A stretch of DNA of 64,000 nt, taken from assembly GCA_030950485.1 (NCBI GenBank), contig JAUZRK010000025.1:8236-72235 (forward strand), in the 5' to 3' direction. This document shows, one piece after another, positions 40,736 through 50,358 of the stretch. This DNA comes from Candidatus Dojkabacteria bacterium. Lineage in GTDB: Bacteria > Patescibacteriota > Dojkabacteria > J137. Each line of letters starts with the position of its first letter. Positions within the stretch are counted from its first letter, which is position 1. The notes under the pieces are model-generated. The model saw nothing but the letters and a program-made list of their open reading frames with translations. It was not told where the DNA came from and did no database searches. The position numbers were made by a program, and so were the translations under genes.

Positions 40736-42553
40736 TTAGCTAGCAATCTCTAACCACTTATTAGTTTTTAACTCCAACTCACTTTCCAACTCTTTTACCT
40801 TAATAGAGATTTTTTCAATTTTTTCAAAATCATCACCTAAATTGAACATCTTATTCTTAAGATCTTCTAGTTTATCCTCTATTCTTTTAATTTCTTTAAG
40901 TATTACCTTTTTCTCATCACTCTCAGACTTCTTAACTACAGCTACCTTAGGCGTCGGATCTTTTGGTTTATCAGAACCCTTTTTATTTATAAAATCACTA
41001 TAGTTTCCGGGAAAAACATCAATCTCACCATCACCTTTGAATACTAAAAGATGATCTACAGTTGTATCAATAAAATATCTGTCGTGAGAAACTATAATTA
41101 CACAACCCTTAAAGTTAATTAAAAATTCTTCTAAAACTTCTAAAGTCATTAAATCAAAATCATTTGTCGGTTCATCAAGAATCAAAAAATTTGGATTATT
41201 CATTAATACCTTTAATAAAGCTACTCTCTTTCTCTCACCTCCACTTAAATCTTCTATTTTAGTTCTTTGAATAGTTCCACTAAATAAAAACCTTTCAAGC
41301 ATTTTTCCAGCACTTATAAATTTTCCATCAGATAGTTTTATTTCAGAAGCTACTTCATTTATTGAATCTATAATTGTTAGATTTGGGTTTAGTTCTTCTT
41401 GGTGTTGAGAATAGTAACCAAAATTTACAGTTTCTCCTTTAACTATCTTTCCGCCATCAATTTCCTTTTTACCTAAAATAAGATCTAAAAATGTAGATTT
41501 ACCTGCTCCATTTTCACCAATTATTCCAATTCTTGAACCTTTTTCAAAAGTATAAGTAAATTTATCTAGAATTTTCTTTTCCCCAAAGCTTTTAGATACA
41601 TTATGTAGTTCTAGTATTTTTGAACCTAATCTATCTGAGACAACGTCTAGACTTACTTTATCAACAGTATTTTTTGAACCTAAATTTTCCCTTGCTAGCT
41701 GATTATCTCTAATCCTCGCGCCATCTTTTGATTGTCTTCCCTGTGGCTGCTTACTAATTATTTCATACTCTCTTTTTAAATAAGTTCTCGTCTTATCTAT
41801 ATTAATATTTTCATCTAATCTTCTTTTTTCTCTGTATTCTAGATATTGTGTATAGTTTCCAATATGTTTATAGAGTTGCCCTCGGTCTAGCTCTAAAATT
41901 GTATTACAAACTTTATCTAAAAAGTAACGATCGTGAGTTACTAATAGGATTGAAGCTTCTAAATTTCTCAGATAATTCCCTAGCCATTCAATCATTTCAA
42001 TATCTAAATGATTAGTAGGCTCATCTAGTAATAAAACATCTGCTTCATCTAGTAAAATTTTAACTAAAGCTAACCTTTTCTTCTGACCTCCAGAAAAGCT
42101 CGATATCTTTTCATCTCTATAGTCGCTTAACTTTAATCTCTCTAAAACTTCACTAACTACATTCTCATATTCCCAAGCATTCAACCTATTCATTTCATTC
42201 ATTGCAAGTTCCAATCTCTTTGGATCATTTATATCTTGTATAGCTTCCTCATATTCACTTACTGCCTTTAGAAATTTTGAACCTGTATTTCTTAACTCTT
42301 CATTTAAAGTATTGTTATCCTCAAGATCTGGGTTTTGTGAAAGATATGAAATGTGAATTCCATTCTGTGTAGTAATATCTCCTTTGTCGTACTCTATTAC
42401 ACCTGCTAGAATTTTTAAAATAGTAGATTTACCTTTTCCATTTTCTGCAACAAGTGCAATTTTCTCATTCTTTGCAATTGAGAAGTTTATATTCTCAAAT
42501 AGATTTCTACTTAAAATATCCTTTTTTAAATTTTCAACAACTATATAACTCAT
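40736..42553 (-). CDS. ABC-F family ATPase (two ABC domains, C-terminal coiled coil; EttA/Uup-like)
   Basis: Two Walker A (GKGKST, GAGKST), two LSGG signatures, no TM domain. Confidence 0.85.
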   Translation of the reverse strand: MSYIVVENLKKDILSRNLFENINFSIAKNEKIALVAENGKGKSTILKILAGVIEYDKGDITTQNGIHISYLSQNPDLEDNNTLNEELRNTGSKFLKAVSEYEEAIQDINDPKRLELAMNEMNRLNAWEYENVVSEVLERLKLSDYRDEKISSFSGGQKKRLALVKILLDEADVLLLDEPTNHLDIEMIEWLGNYLRNLEASILLVTHDRYFLDKVCNTILELDRGQLYKHIGNYTQYLEYREKRRLDENINIDKTRTYLKREYEIISKQPQGRQSKDGARIRDNQLARENLGSKNTVDKVSLDVVSDRLGSKILELHNVSKSFGEKKILDKFTYTFEKGSRIGIIGENGAGKSTFLDLILGKKEIDGGKIVKGETVNFGYYSQHQEELNPNLTIIDSINEVASEIKLSDGKFISAGKMLERFLFSGTIQRTKIEDLSGGERKRVALLKVLMNNPNFLILDEPTNDFDLMTLEVLEEFLINFKGCVIIVSHDRYFIDTTVDHLLVFKGDGEIDVFPGNYSDFINKKGSDKPKDPTPKVAVVKKSESDEKKVILKEIKRIEDKLEDLKNKMFNLGDDFEKIEKISIKVKELESELELKTNKWLEIAS

Positions 42554-42613
42554 TTTGATTTTATTTATCCTGTGAAAGTATAGCTTAAATACTACTAGTA
42601 AAGCTAAATAAAA

Positions 42614-43854
42614 TTAAGCATTATTTCCTGAAATATATCCGCTCGCCCAACAAATTTGTAAACTATAACCGCCAGAAGGTCTATCAATATTTAAAAGATC
42701 CCCTGTTATAAAAAGCTTAGGAACTTTTCTAGACTCCATAGTTTTAAAATTTACTTCATCTATATTTACTCCACCAGATGATACTACAGCTTTATTAGCA
42801 CCAAGTAGATTTTGAACATTTAACTCTATTGACTTAAATAAATTTAATAAACTCATTCTTTCTATTTTTGTAACACTATGATTAGATTTATCAGGATCTA
42901 TATTAGCTTGTTTTAAAAAAGGTTTAACAAGTGCTGGCTGAATGATTCTAGTTAAACTATTCTTTATTTTTTTATTACTATCTTCACTTAAAATACTATA
43001 AAGAGTCTCTTTCATAGATTTTGGATCTATATCGGGAAACAAGTCTAATTTTATAGTCACATCTCCTTCTTTTAACAGATCACCAACTCTACTACTCATG
43101 TTTAATACGGCAGGTCCACTTATTCCAAAGTGAGTAAATAAGAATTTGCCTCTAGTTCCAAAGTTTTTTTTCCATAGCTATAAACATTTAAACCTACATC
43201 AGCAAAACTTAACCCAGGAAGAGATTTAATCCACTCTGTTTTTATTGCTATTGGAACTAAAGCTAAAGAACTATCTATAATCGTATGTCCCAAATCTTCT
43301 AACCATTTAAACCCATCTCCGGTCGAACCAGTTTCTGGCCTAGATTTACCACCAACTGCAAGAATTAATGATTTGGATTTAAATGATCCATTATTTGTAT
43401 TAATTATAAATAAATCATTATTTTTCTGTACTGATATTACTGAAGAATTATTCATTATTTCAACATTATTATTACTTATATAATCTTGAAGCACTTGCCA
43501 GACAGAAACTGCACTATCTGATACTGGGAAAACTCTATCTTCAGCTTCTACTTTAGTTTCCATACCTCTTGAGTTAAAGAAATCTAACGTATCACCAGCT
43601 CCAAATTGAGAAAAGAGCGAATACAATGCTTTAGGTTTATCCTTATAGCTAGAAACTAGCAGATTAAAATCTAGCTTATTATTAGTAACGTTACATCTTC
43701 CACCTCCTGTAATTAAAAGTTTTTCTCCTAATCTATTGTTCTTTTCAAGAAGTAATGTAGTTTTACCCAGTTCTGCAGAACGACCTGCTGCAGTCATACC
43801 CGCAGGACCTCCTCCAACAACAATTGTATCCCAAACTTTATTTTCTAAATTCAA
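42614..43854 (-). pseudogene. HI0933/YhiN-family FAD flavoprotein with frameshift in poly(A)8 tract
   Basis: N-terminal VVGGGPAGMTAAGRSAE FAD motif (ORF 43120-43854); canonical GKFLFTHFGISGPAVLN continues in ORF 42614-43099 frame; shift maps to T8/A8 run at 43164-43171; one extra A restores frame. Confidence 0.7.
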
Positions 43855-43942
43855 TTATCGCATAATTAAATAATGCTTTCCTTATAGATGTCTCTTGAAA
43901 ATATAGTAAATTTTGCTATATTAATTCTTTCAAAATATAAAT

Positions 43943-44236
43943 ATGTCTGTTGATTTAGATTCTATAGGTAGTGATACTGAAATGTACCCAGATTATAACT
44001 TTACAAATGAGGATCCACAACAAGGTGGGAAAATTAGGGAGGCTGTAGAGCTACAGAAACAAGCTAGTTTGGAGATAATAGAAAACGGAGGAGTACCTAC
44101 TATATTCTTTGTAGGAAGCATGATATATAGAGGAGCTGAATACGTTTCAGCTGTAAATGAAGTGTTTGGGAAAGATATAGCCAGTATGTTCTGTTTTATC
44201 CAAATGGATATAACTTCATCAGATTTTAATAGGTGA
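43943..44236 (+). CDS. hypothetical protein
   Basis: 97-aa ORF. Confidence 0.3.
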   Translation: MSVDLDSIGSDTEMYPDYNFTNEDPQQGGKIREAVELQKQASLEIIENGGVPTIFFVGSMIYRGAEYVSAVNEVFGKDIASMFCFIQMDITSSDFNR

Positions 44237-44387
44237 AATAGATCTTGATAATATTGAAATTACACTAGAGCAAGTCTATAGTCTAGAAGAATATAGAGAC
44301 ATCGCAATTGTTCTTGCTAATAAAGATAAAGTCAAAAATGCTGTAAATTATTATAGAGAGCGGACTAGTTTTAGTAATTCAGATATT

Positions 44388-44651
44388 ATGACTTGGAGAG
44401 TAAATTTATTGGAGTTAGATGAATATGATCCTGCACTTACTGAATTAAAACAAGACATTCGCCTACCTGTAATAATTGATACCTCAAATATTAGCGAAGA
44501 TATTTATCTAGGTAGTGAAGAAGGTACTTTAAGATTTGTAAAGGGAGTAAGTATTTTACGTAAATTAAGTCCCAAATCTGTTATACATAACTACTCAAAA
44601 GGTCTTAGAAATGGTTCATTAGGATGGAATTATTTACAAGAAAAGCTATAA
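44388..44651 (+). CDS. hypothetical protein
   Basis: 87-aa ORF. Confidence 0.3.
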   Translation: MTWRVNLLELDEYDPALTELKQDIRLPVIIDTSNISEDIYLGSEEGTLRFVKGVSILRKLSPKSVIHNYSKGLRNGSLGWNYLQEKL

Positions 44652-44705
44652 CACCTTATTTATATTAAGTTTTTTGCTAAAATACATACTGATTAGATAA
44701 TAACT

Positions 44706-46151
44706 ATGGAAAAACAAGATAATGTTGTTAGATTTGATAATGTTTCATTTCAATATAACGACGACAAAATAATACTTGAGAAAACTAGTTTTAACATTAG
44801 ACGTTATTCAAAAATAACTATAATGGGACAAAACGGTGCGGGTAAAAGTACAATTTTCAAAATGTTAACAGGAGAGCTTCAACCAACTGAAGGAAGAATT
44901 TTCTTAGACGAAACTGCAACTGTTGCAATTGCTGAACAAAAAGTTAATGAAAAGTTTTTTGAATTAGATTTAACTGAATATTTTGAAACTGCTTTTAAAG
45001 ATAATGTTCCTCCAGACATAGGAAAGAAAATACATGATGTATTGGAGGTTGTAAATTTAGAAATTGATCTAGAAAAAAAAGTTAAAGAGTTATCGGGAGG
45101 ACAAAAAGCAAGATTATTACTTGCCTATGCACTTATTCAAGAACCAGACATACTACTTCTTGATGAGCCTACTAATAACTTAGATAAAGAAGGAATTGAA
45201 CATTTAACAAATTTCTTAATGTACTACTGGAATACAGTAGTGGTTATTTCTCACGATGCAGATTTCTTAAGCGCATTTACAGACGGAGTATTAAATTTAA
45301 ATATTTATAATCAAAAGGTGGAACAATTTGTTGGAAACTACTTTGATGTAATTGAACAGCTAGAAAGACATATTGAGAAACAGAGAATGTTAAATGCAAG
45401 AATTGAGAAAAGTATTAGAGATAGATTTACTAAAGTAAACAAGCTTGGTGGAAAAAGTGTTGAGTTAAGACGATATGCAAATAAGGTAAGAGATTCTATA
45501 GAAGAAGATAAAGATAAAATGGTAGAAATTAGGCAAGAAGATAAAACATTACCAGATTTCGAGATTCCTTACCATCATGTCTCAAATCCTATTGCTTTAA
45601 TAAATGAGGTAGAGTTCTTAAAAAATGGAAAACCTACAAGAGAAAAAGTTGAGAAGGTTGTTAATCGTGGAGATAGAATTATCATTTCAGGTCCTAACGG
45701 AATTGGAAAAAGCACTCTTCTTAAATCATTTTTAGATGGTAAATTTATTAAAGTAAGTGAAGATGTAAGAATTGGTTACTATAGCCAGGACTTTAGCGAA
45801 CTAGACTTCAATCAAACAGTATTAGAGTCGCTATATAGCGTTGCATATGATATTGAAGATCAGGATGCATTTACAGCAGCTGGTAGATTTATGTTATCAA
45901 AAGTATTAGAAAATAAAGTAGCTACTTTATCTGAAGGTCAAAAAGGTCTTTTATGCTATGCAAGATTTATGCTTCAAAAACCTGGACTTTTAATAATGGA
46001 CGAGCCAACTAATCATATCAACTTTAGACATTTACCTGTTATTTCAGAGGCAATTTCTAAATTTGAAGGAGGTTTAATTCTTATCTCTCATATTAGAGAG
46101 TTCGTAGAGCAAGTAAAGCCAACTGACGAGATTGATTTGACAAAATACTAG
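44706..46151 (+). CDS. ABC-F family ATPase (short form, two ABC domains)
   Basis: Walker A GAGKST and GIGKST, LSGGQK and LSEGQK signatures, no TM domain. Confidence 0.8.
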   Translation: MEKQDNVVRFDNVSFQYNDDKIILEKTSFNIRRYSKITIMGQNGAGKSTIFKMLTGELQPTEGRIFLDETATVAIAEQKVNEKFFELDLTEYFETAFKDNVPPDIGKKIHDVLEVVNLEIDLEKKVKELSGGQKARLLLAYALIQEPDILLLDEPTNNLDKEGIEHLTNFLMYYWNTVVVISHDADFLSAFTDGVLNLNIYNQKVEQFVGNYFDVIEQLERHIEKQRMLNARIEKSIRDRFTKVNKLGGKSVELRRYANKVRDSIEEDKDKMVEIRQEDKTLPDFEIPYHHVSNPIALINEVEFLKNGKPTREKVEKVVNRGDRIIISGPNGIGKSTLLKSFLDGKFIKVSEDVRIGYYSQDFSELDFNQTVLESLYSVAYDIEDQDAFTAAGRFMLSKVLENKVATLSEGQKGLLCYARFMLQKPGLLIMDEPTNHINFRHLPVISEAISKFEGGLILISHIREFVEQVKPTDEIDLTKY

Positions 46152-46218
46152 GATTCTTGACACTATTTAAATAATAATCTACTATTTATGTAGTAGATTA
46201 TTATTTATCCTTCTATAT

Positions 46219-46848
46219 ATGGAAATTCAACTCAATAGGGTTCAATTAAAAAAGTATTTTTTTTCGCTATTACTTCTTTTATTTTTCTTATAAATTATTC
46301 TATATAGATCTTCAGTAAATAATAAAGATGTAGCTAGTGGCAATCTAGATCTTTTAAATATCGCAAAAACTAATTGTCTACCAGCATTTAGAGATGGAGG
46401 AGGACCTTATTACCTCCCTAATCAGCCATTTAGAACTAACATTGCTGAAGGAAAAACCGAAGGTGAAAAACTAATAGTTGAAGGTTATCTATTAGATAGT
46501 GATTGTAGTAGTCAAATTAAAAATGCAGTAATAGATATTTGGCAAGCTAGTGCGGAAGGTGAATATGAAGATGAATTTTATCGAGGTCAGATTAAAACTG
46601 ATAAGAATGGATACTATAAATTTGAGACAGTAATGCCTGTAGGTTATGGAGAAGGTACAGCCTATAGACCTCCACACATTCATTTTAAAGTCTTTATTGA
46701 TAATAAAGAAATTGTAACTTCTCAAATGTTCTTTTCTGATGTAGAGGGTAGAGATGGCTTTAATGATGAATACATTATTAATGTTAAGAAGGCAGATAAG
46801 ATTTTAAAAGGAAACTATAATATAGTTCTTCCTGACTATAATAAATAA
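46219..46848 (+). pseudogene. secreted intradiol ring-cleavage dioxygenase-like protein with in-frame TAA in signal peptide (46291-46293)
   Basis: ATG 46219 then MEIQLNRVQLKKYFFSLLLLLFFL*IILY...; downstream same frame has intradiol dioxygenase core (EGYLLDSDC..IDIWQASAEGEY..RGQIKTDKNGYYKFETVMPVGY..RPPHIHFKV); no start codon after the stop until Met 46633. Confidence 0.7.
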
Positions 46849-46907
46849 GATATTTCAATTTTACTGCTAAGGGGTGTATGATTAGTTATATTTATTAAAG
46901 TATATTT

Positions 46908-47276
46908 ATGAATAAATCCCAGGTAGGTTATGTAGATAATATAGAGTCAGAGACTAAAAGTAACACAAGTTATAGAAAAGTTTTGTTTACTGGGAAAAGG
47001 ATGCAACTTGTATTAATGACTCTTAAACCAGGAGAAGAAATAGGTATGGAAGTTCATGAAGATCATGACCAATTCTTTAGAATAGAAAGTGGAACTGCTA
47101 AAATTATTATGAATGGGGAAGAAAGTATAGCAGAAGAAGATTTTGCTGCTATAGTTCCAGCAGGAGCTCAGCATAATGTAATTAATGCTTCAGATACTGA
47201 TTTGTTAAAACTTTATACAATCTATGCTCCACCAGAGCATCCAGAAGGAACTTTACAAGAAAATAAACCGGAATAG
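46908..47276 (+). CDS. cupin-domain protein
   Basis: 122 aa; GEEIGMEVHEDHDQFF and PAGAQHNVIN cupin motifs. Confidence 0.55.
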   Translation: MNKSQVGYVDNIESETKSNTSYRKVLFTGKRMQLVLMTLKPGEEIGMEVHEDHDQFFRIESGTAKIIMNGEESIAEEDFAAIVPAGAQHNVINASDTDLLKLYTIYAPPEHPEGTLQENKPE

Positions 47277-47281
47277 TTTCT

Positions 47282-48163
47282 ATGCTAAAAAGTATTAAGC
47301 AAAAAATTGAATCAACAGCTGATTTTATATCTTCTGATAAAGTAATTCATTTTGAAGAAAAAATGTTTGGATTTCTAGCAGGTATTTTATTACTAATTAA
47401 TATAGTAATACTATTTTTGGCTAAGAGAGATATTATTGAAAATGATTTACTAAATTCTCAGAGTTATATTTCAACTGTTGCTTTACCTTTTACTGTCATC
47501 TTAATAAGTGAAATTTTTGTCTTAATAAAGTCTTACAATCAACCCCTAGTCTATTCTTTAATGGTTCAAGTACAGATAGTCTCACTTATTTTTGCAAGAG
47601 ATATATTTAAAGTCTTTAGTGATCTTAATGGTGTTGGTAGCCAGAATTTCAATAGAGATATTTTTGAAATAGCAATTACTCTTGCTATAACTGTAACACT
47701 TTTTTTCGTAGCTGAATTTATGAAGAAGTTTATAGGTAATAAGAGAAACAAGAATTCAAGTATATTGCACGAACCAAAGATCTTAAAAAAAGCTAGAAAA
47801 TACATGTCTCTAAGACTTTTCTTTTCTGGAGTAGCTTTTCTTAGCTATTATTTATTAGCTAACGTTGTCTTCGATCCTATTGATTATCTTGCAAACGGCG
47901 TTAAACTCAACACCTTTTTTGAAAATGTATTTACTGTAATGATTCTTTCTGATGTACTACTCTTTCTTCTTGGATTTATTTACCATGAGGAATATCAACA
48001 TCTTTTTTCCAATGCTTTATTAATCATTTCTGCAATTTTGATTAGACTAGCAATAACTAATGACTTCCCTTCTAATGTATATCTTGTAGGAATTAGTGCT
48101 TTAATTCTAATGCTTGTCGTTATTTACAATTCTTCACTTAAATTAGGACTAAATCGGGAATAA
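47282..48163 (+). CDS. hypothetical multi-pass membrane protein
   Basis: 293 aa, about 7 hydrophobic helices. Confidence 0.45.
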   Translation: MLKSIKQKIESTADFISSDKVIHFEEKMFGFLAGILLLINIVILFLAKRDIIENDLLNSQSYISTVALPFTVILISEIFVLIKSYNQPLVYSLMVQVQIVSLIFARDIFKVFSDLNGVGSQNFNRDIFEIAITLAITVTLFFVAEFMKKFIGNKRNKNSSILHEPKILKKARKYMSLRLFFSGVAFLSYYLLANVVFDPIDYLANGVKLNTFFENVFTVMILSDVLLFLLGFIYHEEYQHLFSNALLIISAILIRLAITNDFPSNVYLVGISALILMLVVIYNSSLKLGLNRE

Positions 48164-48405
48164 TGTTTACAGTCTATATTCTAAAATGCTGTGATGATTC
48201 TCTTTATACCGGTTATACTAATGACTTAGTTAATAGACTTAAGAAACATAAAGAGGGTAAGGGATCTAAGTATGTTCGATCTAGATTACCTTTTGAGCTA
48301 GTTTATAAGGAAAAGTTTGAGACTAAGTCTGAGGCTATGAAAAGAGAGGCTGCTATTAAAAGTCTTGGAAGAGCTGAAAAAATTAAATTAATTCAGTCAA
48401 TATAA
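48163..48405 (+). CDS. GIY-YIG nuclease-domain protein (UPF0213/YhbQ-like)
   Basis: VYILKCCDDSLYTGYTNDLVNRLKKHKEGKGSKYVRSR...KSEAMKREAAIKSL. Confidence 0.75.
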   Translation: MFTVYILKCCDDSLYTGYTNDLVNRLKKHKEGKGSKYVRSRLPFELVYKEKFETKSEAMKREAAIKSLGRAEKIKLIQSI

Positions 48406-48492
48406 TACTAATATAAATATCAATCATTTATACTAATTCCTGTTAACAATTGTTGGTGATAATGATATAATAAAGATATATTATTAAAGTGT

Positions 48493-49260
48493 ATGTCTTT
48501 AGATAGCTTTAATCCCGATTCTCCTCACGAAGGAGTAACAACTCATGTAACAGGTACTTCTAAGAGTGATGTAAATGGAGTCGCACATGCGGAAACTATA
48601 GTTGGAGATGGTCTACTTTCGCCAAATAAGTATTGTATATCGTCATCCATTCCATTTACTGCTTTTTTGGGAAATAGGAATAGCAGATTATTAGCTTATA
48701 AAACAAATACTAAGCCTCAAGAAGAATTTACTAGACTTGAAGGAGGCCATGAATACGCAACAGAATCAAACAATAGAATTCCATATTCAAAAGTAAAAGC
48801 TTAACACCATGCAGCAGCTGCCTACTATCAAGATCACCATAACAGTTTTCCTATAGAGAATGACTGGAATTACTTTCCACCAGATGATCTTATGTTCTAT
48901 GTAGATATGACACCTGAAGGATCTGCAAGTTTTAGCTCTATTACAGAAGAAATGATAACTGAATTTAGAGAAGGAGAGATACTTGAAACTACTCTACTTA
49001 CAAGAACTGAGCAATTATTTGTAAATACACCAATTTATAATTCTAAAAAAGAGGAAATATCTGGAAAAGATAAGCGAGCAGCTCTAATGAGTTACACTGC
49101 TGCAGTATCGTATCATTCTTTGTTAATAGAGATTTCTAAAGTAGATTTAAAAACTGCTACACAACAAGATATACAAAGAATTGCGGATATTCAAACAGAA
49201 TATCCTGCAAGCTACAAAGCACAGCAAGAATTCTTGAGTAAATTTATATTCGAAGCCTAG
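48493..49260 (+). CDS. hypothetical protein; two ORFs in the same frame separated by a single TAA at 48802-48804 (possible nonsense-disrupted gene)
   Basis: ORF 48493-48804 and ORF 48892-49260 share a frame; the frame stays open between them except for one TAA. Confidence 0.3.
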
Positions 49261-49331
49261 TGTACTGGAATGTTTAAGTGTTAATAGTATCTAGTAATTA
49301 TAATATGATGAATATTGATTAGAAATCAAAA

Positions 49332-50207
49332 ATGAGTGACCCGTTAGACGATATAAATAAATCAGAAGATCCAGCAGCAGTATGCCCTTTACATACTAAA
49401 AGACCAGCGTACGCCGAAATTACAGGTATACTAGATATGATTGATACTGCGCAAGTAGAAAGTATAGTAGGTTCGATAAAAGTTGAAGAAGAAATTGTGG
49501 AGAGTTATATAGGTAAAATTGAAAGTGCCATAAGAAAAGTAAATCCTTCAGCAGATCTTGCTAAATATGATATAAGATTAGATGAATCAGCTCCAATTGA
49601 ATTTAGAGGTGTTCCTATATTAGCGCTACCTTTCGCCTATTTTGAAGGAATGGAAGAAAGACAGAATGCTAGTATGGTATTTAGTTACTCTATGGGTCTT
49701 GATATCGCAGACTCTACTTTTCCCAAATCATTTGAAGATCATCTTACAGAAGTGTCAGGTAAAGCCACTGATACTATGAAAAAGCTTATTTTTAATGATT
49801 TAACAGAAGTTGTAAGAGTAGGAATAGCTAATGCCTTACAAGCTGCTTCTTGGTTGGTTCTTTCGGAAGCTAAAACAACAGGTACACCTTATAATTTTAC
49901 AGCTAAATTGATAGATATACTAGAAAATCAAACTGAGCTAGTTTACTTTTTGTCTTATACTGGTCTTTATCAACTCTCAAATATTATAGAGAATGGAATA
50001 TTAGTTGATACTAGAGATGTTAAAAATCAAAAAGATTTAAAGGGACGAATTATACAAATTATAGATGATAAAACACTTCAGCTTGGAGATAATAAAGTAA
50101 GTTGCCCAGCAACAAAGAAATTGATTAATGCTGTAAGTAATGGTCTAGCCGCAGCATTAAGAGCTAATAACTCTAGAATGTTTGGATTAGATACTGAGGA
50201 AGCTTAA
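49332..50207 (+). CDS. hypothetical protein
   Basis: 291-aa ORF. Confidence 0.45.
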   Translation: MSDPLDDINKSEDPAAVCPLHTKRPAYAEITGILDMIDTAQVESIVGSIKVEEEIVESYIGKIESAIRKVNPSADLAKYDIRLDESAPIEFRGVPILALPFAYFEGMEERQNASMVFSYSMGLDIADSTFPKSFEDHLTEVSGKATDTMKKLIFNDLTEVVRVGIANALQAASWLVLSEAKTTGTPYNFTAKLIDILENQTELVYFLSYTGLYQLSNIIENGILVDTRDVKNQKDLKGRIIQIIDDKTLQLGDNKVSCPATKKLINAVSNGLAAALRANNSRMFGLDTEEA

Positions 50208-50358
50208 GGTTTGATAAAATTATCTGGTAGATCAACTAGAGTTGTTACAAATTGATACTTTGTAGTTTTATTTTTAAAATATCTATTAGAATTTGAATAC
50301 ACACATTATATATTTAAACTAGAAACAATGCTATAATCCTAGGCATCAAAAAAATACT

